This document shows positions 31,879 to 39,956 of a DNA stretch of 64,000 nt, piece by piece. A program made the translations under genes and the position numbers. The stretch covers positions 3,040,001 to 3,104,000 of the forward strand of contig OZ244960.1 in NCBI GenBank assembly GCA_965222605.1, read 5' to 3'. A model generated the notes under the pieces. That model ran no database searches and had not been told where the DNA came from. It worked only from the letters and a program-made list of their open reading frames with translations. The stretch's first letter is position 1. Each line of letters opens with the position of its first letter. Source of the DNA: Candidatus Latescibacterota bacterium (lineage in GTDB: Bacteria > Latescibacterota > UBA2968).

Positions 31879-32786
31879 TTATGCGATGGGGACACTGCGT
31901 CCCTTCATTTTGTATTGGTTGAGCAGGTCGGTCAGTCGCGATACGATTTCGGGGTGTTGCGCGTAGAGGTTTTCGCGTTCTTCGTAGCCGATTTCCATGT
32001 CGTAGAGTTGGCCGGGGGCATCATCCGGAGGGTCATCGGGATAATCATTGCCGCCGGAGCTTTGATGGAGGAGCAATTTCCATTTGCTCTGGCGGATGGC
32101 AAATTCGCCTTTGGAAGAGTGATGCACGTGGCTTCGCGAATGGATGTCGTGTTTTGGTCCGTAAGGGCGGGTAAGATGCTGCAACTGTCTTCGCCAGCAT
32201 TTTCGGGAAGCGAACGGCCAGTAATGTCAGCGGCTGTCGCGATGAGGTCTGTAAGACATACGATTTCATCGCTGAAGGATCCCGCCGCGACTTTTTCGGG
32301 CCAGCGGGCGATAAAGGGGATGCGATGCCCGCCTTCCCAGTTGTCGCGTTTGCAGCCGCGGAAGTGATAGGTGCTGTAGTGATTGTATTCATCTTTTCGC
32401 GTGTGCATAAAGCGTTCGGGACCGTTGTCGCTGGTGACGATAAAGAGGGTGTTGTCGGTGGCGCCGGCTTTTTCAACAGCGGCCATGATCTGCCCCACTG
32501 CCCAGTCGCATTCGACGACGAAGTCGCCGTATTTGCCCGCCTGGCTTTTGCCTATAAATGCTTTGTTTGGCGCGATGGGTGTGTGCGGGCCGGTTACGGG
32601 ATAGTAGAGAAAAAAGGGCTGTTTGTCTGCTGCGGTCTCTTCGATAAAGGAGACCGCTTTTTTGGTGAGGTCTGGAATGACGTGTTCTGGCTTAAGGCCC
32701 GGGGCAGCGTGTCCCTCGCGGCCAAAGAGGCCCCTGGGGGCGCGGGCTGTTGGCTCACAGATTGTGCGATTGTTTTCGAGATAGAC
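31879..32786 (-). pseudogene. Sulfatase remnant: C-terminal part only, IS-interrupted and frameshifted near 32128
   Basis: PFFLYYP..PHTP, YGDFVVECDWAVG, TSDNG, WEGGHRIPFIARWP, then a frame change to VHHSSKGEFAIRQSKWKL; the CxPxR N-terminus is absent. Confidence 0.85.
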
Positions 32787-34136
32787 GTGATTACTCCCAA
32801 CGATAGAGCAGTTGGGCTTCTTGGCGGTCAAACCGCCTGACTTTGTAATCCCAAAGTCAATATGTTTATGGCAGCATTGAGGTCTCTGTCCGTCATATAG
32901 CCACACGCCTTGCAATGATGCACACGCTGAGAAAGTGCTTTCTTCTCTCTATGTCCGCATGCCGAGCAATCTTGTGACGTATATTTAGGATTGACGGCCT
33001 TGAATCCAATACCAGCTTCTTCCGCTTTGTATTCGAGACAATGCCGAAACAGTGACCATGCTACGTCTGCTATTGATTTAGACAATCGCCTGTTCTTTTG
33101 CATCGTTTTAACTTTCAACTTCTCGACAGCTATGAAGCCGTGACGATTGACAATTTTTCTTGATTCTTGATGGGCAAAGTTATGTCGCTTATTACGGATA
33201 CGCTCATGCACTCTGGCAATTACTTTACGACGCTTTTCTCTTACGGCGTCGGTCTCAGGTCTTTTTTTCACCGCGTCCCATTTGCGCTGTGCTTTTGCAA
33301 GTGATTTTTGCTCTTTTCTAAAGAATCGCTGGTTGGCTATCGTCTCGCCGTCACTGGTTACAGCAAAGGAATTGAGACCCACGTCAATGCCTGTTGGCGG
33401 GCGTTGCTCGTCGCAAGATTTTGGCTCGCCCATATCACAAGAAATAGTAGCGAACCACTTGCCCGTTGCCGTACGCGTGACTGTGCAAGATTTAGGAACG
33501 CCGTCAAGTGGCCTGTGCTGGACAATCCGAATACAGCCTATTTTGCCCAATCGCAAGCCCTTATCGTCCAATCGGCATCCATTGGAAAACTGAGGATAGG
33601 TGATAGAATCATAGCGATTTTGACCCTTGTATCTGGGAAAGCCAGCTTTCTCGCCCGTCTTTGCCCTCTCTTTGAGACGACGAAAGAATGCTTTGAATGC
33701 CAGATCAACTCTTGTTGATACTTGTTGCAATACCTGACTATATACTTGCTTGAATGCAAGACGCTGTTGCTTCATCAATGGTATTGTTTTTGTCTGGTCG
33801 TGACGAGACAGAGACTTATTTTTACTTTCCCATGCTTGGACTCTCGCACAGACAAGTTGGTTATACAGCAAGCGACATTCTTCAATGTGCGCCAACAAGA
33901 CTTTCTCTTGCTTTTTCGTTGGGCGCAGTCTGTATTTAAAGGACTTAAGCATAATAAAAATATATACTTATGTGCCCTTTTTGTCAAGCGAAATAGAATA
34001 AAAATATGATCAGCATACCAAAAACGCATAGTCCGTCTTTAGCGATATGGCAATGTTCATATACGCTAAAGCTAAAAAAGGAAGCCCTCCGTCATGCGAC
34101 CCACGCCTAAAGGACGTGGGTTTTACGGGCTATTTG
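32787..34136 (-). mobile_element. IS200/IS605-family tnpB-only element (IS1341-like)
   Basis: Left end follows TTAT (34137-34140) and has hairpin CCCACGTCCTTTAGGCGTGGG; right end GAAGCCCAAC..GTTGGGAGTAATCAC; joined flanks restore the sulfatase frame P-Y|V-Y-L-E-N; no tnpA. Confidence 0.85.
32828..33952 (-). CDS. tnpB: TnpB RNA-guided endonuclease
   Basis: FKYRLRPT HTH, RuvC GIDVG / AVEKL / DRDLNAAINI, Zn finger CSACG..CKACG; TTGACA-17-TATATT immediately upstream. Confidence 0.96.
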   Translation of the reverse strand: MLKSFKYRLRPTKKQEKVLLAHIEECRLLYNQLVCARVQAWESKNKSLSRHDQTKTIPLMKQQRLAFKQVYSQVLQQVSTRVDLAFKAFFRRLKERAKTGEKAGFPRYKGQNRYDSITYPQFSNGCRLDDKGLRLGKIGCIRIVQHRPLDGVPKSCTVTRTATGKWFATISCDMGEPKSCDEQRPPTGIDVGLNSFAVTSDGETIANQRFFRKEQKSLAKAQRKWDAVKKRPETDAVREKRRKVIARVHERIRNKRHNFAHQESRKIVNRHGFIAVEKLKVKTMQKNRRLSKSIADVAWSLFRHCLEYKAEEAGIGFKAVNPKYTSQDCSACGHREKKALSQRVHHCKACGYMTDRDLNAAINILTLGLQSQAV

Positions 34137-34143
34137 ATAAGGT

Positions 34144-35238
34144 TTATTTGGCGGGCGCGATGAAGATTTTGTCGCCCTCCTTACACCCAAGTGTCTTTGC
34201 GGCGTTCTCGTAGTTGCGAGCAATCCTCAAGCGACCTTCCGCTGTCAGGAATGCAACCCACTCTCCCCGTGGTACGTCTCCATAGGTGGTGGCAAGCAAC
34301 ACTGTGAACGTCTGCTCCCCATAGCTGACCTGAAAACGGGTTTTGGAGGAGATGCCAAGTTGCTGCAGGTCGCCCTCGATAAATTCGGTATTGATGTTGC
34401 CGTAGGTCGAGGAGATACTCTCTATCTTTGTGTAAGCCCCACCTTCCTTAAATTCCGCAGACGACACATGATCCGGAGCGATGGTCGCATCTTTGTCTCG
34501 TTCAATCGTACCGGTCTCCAGATAGGCGTCGAGCGCACGCAACGCGGTTTCCCGTTCGATCTCTCTGAGGTTAACGTGTCCGTCGCGTGCCACAGACCAG
34601 AACACTGGCACAATCGGTGCCTTTACCGCTTTCTGGATATACGCCTGGGGTCCCTCCACTTCACTCTGGTTACTGACGAAGAGCAACGGGAGACGTGGGG
34701 TATAACTCCATTCGTGGGGTTGCTCTGCATCTCGCACTTGTAGTGCCGCCCCCAACGCAAGCAAGCCGTCATAACCTTCGGGAGCGGTCTCGGCGATCCG
34801 TGTCACGATCGCACCGCCCATTGAGCTACCCTGCACAAGCACACGTTTAGGCGCGCCATAGGTTTGGACAATGTGCTGGCGTAGCAGTTCGATGTCCGCT
34901 ACCGCACCGACGATGATCGCTCCGTTGCGGCGGTAGCTGGTAGATGCGATCATCCAGCCATCGGCAAGCAAATGCTGGTACATGGGTGACTCTGTGCGAA
35001 AATCGGCGCTCAGAGGCGCATTTTCGGGGCGATAGCCGTGAGCCAGCAGCAGGAGTTTCCCGTTCCAAGACTCCGGCACGGCGATGACGAATTTTGATTG
35101 CTGGAGTTGACCTGCTTCGGTGCGAAATTTAACTGCCTTTGCGGCTGGGGCGAGCAGTCCGCCGATGAGCAGGAAACAGCACACCCCTTGCACGAGTGTT
35201 GAACGGATGAACTGTCGAGAGGTGCAGATCGTTTTCAT
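34144..35238 (-). CDS. Secreted alpha/beta-hydrolase fused to a SAM-dependent halogenase/DUF62-like C-terminal domain
   Basis: Signal-peptide-like N-terminus, LLLAHGY, GSSMGG elbow, GHV; C-terminus YGNINTEF..TYGDVPRGEWVAFLTAEGRLRIARNYENAAKTLG..GDKI. Confidence 0.7.
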   Translation of the reverse strand: MKTICTSRQFIRSTLVQGVCCFLLIGGLLAPAAKAVKFRTEAGQLQQSKFVIAVPESWNGKLLLLAHGYRPENAPLSADFRTESPMYQHLLADGWMIASTSYRRNGAIIVGAVADIELLRQHIVQTYGAPKRVLVQGSSMGGAIVTRIAETAPEGYDGLLALGAALQVRDAEQPHEWSYTPRLPLLFVSNQSEVEGPQAYIQKAVKAPIVPVFWSVARDGHVNLREIERETALRALDAYLETGTIERDKDATIAPDHVSSAEFKEGGAYTKIESISSTYGNINTEFIEGDLQQLGISSKTRFQVSYGEQTFTVLLATTYGDVPRGEWVAFLTAEGRLRIARNYENAAKTLGCKEGDKIFIAPAK

Positions 35239-36452
35239 GATGGCTCCTTGAAGGTTCCGATGGTGTTTTGATCAGTATCATCCTGTTCTTTGAGGATTTG
35301 CTTTTGGAGGTATTCGGGCAGTTTGAGGACGCGCTGGAAGTAGGTAGGTTCGTCAAATCGCAGGTTGTTATTTTTGAAGAGGGGACGGTCAATGTCGCGG
35401 CTGAGGTCGCAGTCGAATCGGGCGAGGACGGATTCGCTCATGCTGCCCCCGCCGTCCGGGTTGATGTGGCAGAGTCCCCAGGTGATACCGCGTCCGTCGC
35501 CGTTGTCGGCAAAAGCGTCGGGCACAAAGGGTCCGGGTGCGACAGGGGGTACCTGGAGCAGGGATTTTATTTCGAAATGGATGCCATCTGGGGCGTATTG
35601 CACGGTGTTTTTTTCGGGACCATCCAGGCTGACGAGTGCGGCGATGCCTTCTTTGTAGGGCCAGAGGCAGGTTTCGTGGCCGGAGTTGAGGACGGGGTTT
35701 AGCGGTGATTTTTTGTATGGACCCTCTGGATGGTCGGCAATGGCAACGCCTTGAGCGCGGATGATGTTCGCGCCGCCGCGTTTTTGACCGGGCGAGCCTT
35801 TGTAGTACATGTAGATTTTGCCTTTGTAGATGAGGGGAAAGGGGTCGTGGATGCAGTTGCAATCCCAGTCGTCGGGGCCGCCGGGTTCTACGATGGGTCT
35901 GCCCAGTCGCGTCCAGGGTCCATGGGGGGAATCGGCGTGGGCGATTGTGACGGGGCACGAGTCGCCGCCCTGAATGACTGCGCTGTAGGCCTGGTGATAG
36001 AGATAGTATTTGCCTTTCCAGACGAGGATGTCGGGGGTGCAGTTTGAGCGCCAGCCAAATTCGCCTTTTGGTGGGCGCGTGGCGGCTGGTCCCTGTTCTT
36101 CCCAGTGAAAGCCGTCTTCGCTCGTGGCATACCAGATGTCTGCGAGGTCCCAATCGACAGAGGGGATTTCGTCGGTGGCGTTTTCGTGACCGACGGGCGC
36201 GCCTTTTGTGCGCCGGCATGTGTACCAGACGTAATAGGTGCCGTCGATGCGGAGTATTTTGGATGGGTCACGGCGGGAGACGTTGGGTTCTCGTGAGAAT
36301 CCTGCAAGGGGTGAGTATTTGAAGTTGCTGAAAAATTCATTGCCGCGATCTTCATGGGGGTTCCATATATCGTACACACGTTCCATCGCCGCACTGAGTT
36401 CTCGGTCGTCTGGTTTTTCAAGTGGCATTTTAGCGGGGAAAGGTGTTTGCAT
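35235..36452 (-). CDS. Glycoside hydrolase family 117 (3,6-anhydro-L-galactosidase-like)
   Basis: LSAAMER (SxAxxR), RRDPS, WDLADIWYATS, HDP, NSGHE, DGPEKNTVQYAPDG, WGLCH. Confidence 0.85.
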   Translation of the reverse strand: MQTPFPAKMPLEKPDDRELSAAMERVYDIWNPHEDRGNEFFSNFKYSPLAGFSREPNVSRRDPSKILRIDGTYYVWYTCRRTKGAPVGHENATDEIPSVDWDLADIWYATSEDGFHWEEQGPAATRPPKGEFGWRSNCTPDILVWKGKYYLYHQAYSAVIQGGDSCPVTIAHADSPHGPWTRLGRPIVEPGGPDDWDCNCIHDPFPLIYKGKIYMYYKGSPGQKRGGANIIRAQGVAIADHPEGPYKKSPLNPVLNSGHETCLWPYKEGIAALVSLDGPEKNTVQYAPDGIHFEIKSLLQVPPVAPGPFVPDAFADNGDGRGITWGLCHINPDGGGSMSESVLARFDCDLSRDIDRPLFKNNNLRFDEPTYFQRVLKLPEYLQKQILKEQDDTDQNTIGTFKEPS

Positions 36453-36514
36453 GGGGGTTCCTCTGATGAAGAGGTGTTCGGTAGGCTGACGCAGGCATTA
36501 GTATAGATGTCCGG

Positions 36515-37126
36515 TTAACTGACTTTTGCCTTCAAAGTATCGACGAGTCGTTTTGCATAGGGCGATGCCGCAATCACTTTGTCGGGGTCAATCCGCGCGA
36601 GGATATCGAACGAATGCTGTCCCTTTCCATATTCTCCTTTTGGGACACGCGAACGCGTCGCATTTTTTAGGCCGTTCAATATATCGTTTTTTGCAATGTT
36701 CTCAATATCCTCACGGGCGGGAAGCGCGTTTTGGTTAAAGTCGTTTCCGTAGTACGCAGCGAGACAGTCTTTGTCGGCAAGGAACCACGCCTCCATGCAC
36801 TGCACCATCAGATGTACCTGGTCGTCTGTAGCCCCCGAGGGTTGGTCCCACTTATCGCGCGTCTTCTTCAGGTGTTGCCAGGGGCCAGATCCCGCTACCA
36901 CGGGTTCTTCACTGTCAACCAATAGCACGATGAAGTCATATTTTCCGGGACTACGGAGTGCCGCACAAAAATCATCGAAGGCATCTCGCCGCCTGCCACT
37001 TGCGACTACGCTCGGCATTCGGCCTTCCAGGCCAGCCCTGCGAAAAAAATTGCTGAAACCTCGGCGGCACTTGCTCCTCAGCGAATGCGTGTTCCCACCA
37101 CCTTCGACAAAGACCTTGATTCTCAC
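36515..37126 (-). CDS. DUF4276 family protein (TOPRIM-like)
   Basis: IKVFVEGGG, LLVDSE, HLMVQCMEAWFLAD, YGKG.HS; GTG start overlaps the ATPase stop. Confidence 0.85.
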   Translation of the reverse strand: MRIKVFVEGGGNTHSLRSKCRRGFSNFFRRAGLEGRMPSVVASGRRRDAFDDFCAALRSPGKYDFIVLLVDSEEPVVAGSGPWQHLKKTRDKWDQPSGATDDQVHLMVQCMEAWFLADKDCLAAYYGNDFNQNALPAREDIENIAKNDILNGLKNATRSRVPKGEYGKGQHSFDILARIDPDKVIAASPYAKRLVDTLKAKVS

Positions 37127-38295
37127 CAGCGATTCCCTCCCAGGTCGCCTCTGGTCCACAGGTCCCCAAGGCTATAGCGCTTCAACCACTCGGTAAGGTC
37201 GGCTTTGTCAAGCCGGTGCATTTCCGTCTTGCCGTCGTGCTTCTCGCAGACCACGACGCTCTCCGGTGTATCGGTTAGAGTGTCCACAAGCCTATCAGAG
37301 TGCGTTGTGACGATAAGCTGGCACCTTTGGGATGCCTCGCGCAACAGATCGCCGAGGGCTGGCAGAACGTCGGGATGCAGGCCCAGTTCCGGCTCTTCAA
37401 TACACACCAGTGGTGGGGGATTCGGGTGACAAAGGATAGCCAACAGGCACAGAAAGCGCAGCGTCCCATCGGATAATCGCGTTGCCGGTACCATGATATT
37501 TTTTTCCTGGGCGAAGACCTGAACGGTTCCACCTTCAATGCTGATGTCCAGGTCAATCACGCCTTCGTAGAGTTGGCGCATGGTTTCCAGAATCTGAACC
37601 TTGATTTTTGGCTCCCGCTTCAACCGGTTCAGCACCAGTCCCAGATTTCTTCCATCTTCGAGCAAAAAGTCGTTGGGCAGATCCGCTGGTTGTGGCTGAC
37701 GCGGCGGTGTACGGCGGCCAAAGGAACTCTCGCGGTAGAGTTGCATGCGGTCAAACGTCTCGCCAAGCCATGTCAACTCCGGGTATTGGTCCGGGTCCTT
37801 CCGCTGGGCAAGAATGGATTGCTGTAGATTGATCTGTTGCAGGATTAACGGAGGGCGTGGTTCAACATTGCTGTACGACTTACCACTGTAGTTCAGAAGG
37901 GCGTTACTGCCCGACAACTCGTAATAGATATAGGGCATTTCTTCAGAGCTGTATGCCTCTTCTATACACTCTTCTATCAACTCGAATTGCTGGCCCCTCT
38001 CTGCGATCCCGAGGGAATATCGCAGTGCTGACCCTTTTGGGTTATCCAGAATCACTTCGATATGGGCCGACGGTGCCCTGGGATCACCTCGCCAAATCCA
38101 GTCGCGGATGCCTCCACCTTCCCGAATTGGGGCCGTGAGGTCCCTGGGCGTGGCTTTCAGCAGGCCAATCGCCTCGATAAGATTGGACTTTCCGGAGCCG
38201 TTGGGACCGATAAGAACATTCAGGGGACGAAGTTCCAGTGCTTCGGCAGGCCCGAAGGAGAGCAGATTTTTCAGTTGGATGCGCTCTATAAACAT
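37123..38295 (-). CDS. AAA_21/SMC-like ATPase
   Basis: GPNGSGKSN, LSDGTLRF, CIEEPELGLHP, VTTHSD, YSLGDLW. Confidence 0.9.
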   Translation of the reverse strand: MFIERIQLKNLLSFGPAEALELRPLNVLIGPNGSGKSNLIEAIGLLKATPRDLTAPIREGGGIRDWIWRGDPRAPSAHIEVILDNPKGSALRYSLGIAERGQQFELIEECIEEAYSSEEMPYIYYELSGSNALLNYSGKSYSNVEPRPPLILQQINLQQSILAQRKDPDQYPELTWLGETFDRMQLYRESSFGRRTPPRQPQPADLPNDFLLEDGRNLGLVLNRLKREPKIKVQILETMRQLYEGVIDLDISIEGGTVQVFAQEKNIMVPATRLSDGTLRFLCLLAILCHPNPPPLVCIEEPELGLHPDVLPALGDLLREASQRCQLIVTTHSDRLVDTLTDTPESVVVCEKHDGKTEMHRLDKADLTEWLKRYSLGDLWTRGDLGGNRW

Positions 38296-38409
38296 GTTTC
38301 GTCCTTGTTCATCAGCTTGCTTTCGGGTTCTTGCATGCGAATTAATAACACGCGATGTTCGGGTGTCAAGAGAATGCCGCGAACGGCTGATCGCTTTTTA
38401 ATGGTCATC

Positions 38410-39948
38410 TTATGATCTTTGATGATAAATGTCCAGCAGTTTTGCGGATAGGGATTCGACGAGGTGGCTGTGTTGTTCTGATGCGATGAGGTTCTGGCGT
38501 TCGTCTTCTGTGGGGTTGTCTTTCAGGTTGAAGAGGGCGTGGTGTTTTAATGTGCCTTCTACGATGAGTTCTTGCCCGACAATCAATTTCCAATCGCCAT
38601 CTCGCAGCGAGAGCATAGGTCCCATGATGTAGTCGTCGTGGAAGACGAGGGGATGGGGGTCGTATTCGGCGTCTTTCAGGCCGGTGAGAAAGGGCGCAAT
38701 GCTGGTGCTGTCTTCGGCAAAGCCTTCGCGTGGGGCTACTTCGATGCCGGCGAGGTGGGCGATGGATAAGATGAGGTCGTTGAGTCCATAAGTGATGTGG
38801 CTGGTGCGACCGGGTGTTGCGTCGTTGCCATCGCCGATGTTGCCCTGTTTCCAGAAGGCGATTGTGGGCACGCGATGGCCGCCTTCGTGGATGTGGGCTT
38901 TGCGACCGCGGTAGTATCCACTGGATTCTTTGCCCGCGTTTTCCGCGCCATTGTCGCTGGAGAAGATGAAGAGGGTGTTGTCGATGAGTTTGTGGCCGGG
39001 GTTGCGCGGGTCGTCGTGGGTTTCGAGATAGTTGAGCAATTGGTCGACTGCGACGTCGTTTTCGTATATGAAGTCGAGGCGTTCGGGCGTGTTGTGCTCG
39101 CAGCCGCCGACCTGGTCGCGCTGTTTGCCCCAGTCAGTGCTTTCCCATCCATTGGGATCGTTGGTGGTTGCGTGTGGGCGAGACAGCTCGCGCTTGCCGT
39201 TTTTGAAGTGCGCCTGTCCTGTGATGGGTACGCCATTGAGTGCGTCGCACGGCGTATGGGGTGTGTGATTGGCGTTGGCGGCGTAGTAGAGGAAGAAGGA
39301 TTGTTGTTTTGTATCGTCTGTGTCCAGATGAGTATCGAGAAAGCCAACGGCGTGCTGGAAGTTCATTGGTCCGGTTTTGGACAGGTCGTAACCCGCGATG
39401 TCGTGAGGACTTTTGCCGGTTGCGCCAATGCAGCGGCGGTTTTCGATCCAGCCCGCATTTTTAGAGGTTCCATGGCTTCGGTTGGTGATGAAGTGGTAAT
39501 CAAAGCCGTGTTCTTCGGGGCAATCGGTCAGGGGTTGGCGCACGTCTGCGTCGTCCCATCCCTCGGCGGGTGAGCCATCGGATTTTGTGTAGGTCAGGCC
39601 CACGTGCCATTTTCCCGAGATGCCCGTGCGATATCCGGCGTCTTTGAGGATGGTGGCGAGTGTGGGCCGTTCTTTTTCTATGAGTGGCGGATAGTGGGGA
39701 CCAAAGGCGACTTTGTGTTTGAGTTGTGTGCGCCAGCAATAGCGTCCGGTGAGGAGGGCGTAGCGCGTGGGGGTGCATACGGTTGATGGGGTGTGCGCAT
39801 CGGTAAAGCGCACGCCCAGGCGCGCAAGACGTTTTAGGCTGGGGGTGTGGAGTTGCTCGTCGTCCTGGTTGCCGGTCCAGTCCTGATACGCGCTCGTATC
39901 ACCCGTGCCCATGTCATCGACGAGGAATATGATGATGTTGGGTTGCAT
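38410..39948 (-). CDS. Arylsulfatase (S1)
   Basis: PNIIIFLVDD, CTPTRYALLTGRY, GKWHVG, SSDNG, EGGHRVP. Confidence 0.93.
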   Translation of the reverse strand: MQPNIIIFLVDDMGTGDTSAYQDWTGNQDDEQLHTPSLKRLARLGVRFTDAHTPSTVCTPTRYALLTGRYCWRTQLKHKVAFGPHYPPLIEKERPTLATILKDAGYRTGISGKWHVGLTYTKSDGSPAEGWDDADVRQPLTDCPEEHGFDYHFITNRSHGTSKNAGWIENRRCIGATGKSPHDIAGYDLSKTGPMNFQHAVGFLDTHLDTDDTKQQSFFLYYAANANHTPHTPCDALNGVPITGQAHFKNGKRELSRPHATTNDPNGWESTDWGKQRDQVGGCEHNTPERLDFIYENDVAVDQLLNYLETHDDPRNPGHKLIDNTLFIFSSDNGAENAGKESSGYYRGRKAHIHEGGHRVPTIAFWKQGNIGDGNDATPGRTSHITYGLNDLILSIAHLAGIEVAPREGFAEDSTSIAPFLTGLKDAEYDPHPLVFHDDYIMGPMLSLRDGDWKLIVGQELIVEGTLKHHALFNLKDNPTEDERQNLIASEQHSHLVESLSAKLLDIYHQRS

Positions 39949-39956
39949 GAGTCTCC

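Noticed and set aside
32828-33952. Cas12f-type effector
   Set aside because: No array nearby; IS200/IS605 ends and N-terminal HTH identify it as transposon TnpB.
33953-34110. tnpA remnant or small ORF inside the IS
   Set aside because: No HUH motif in the short frames I read; too small to call.
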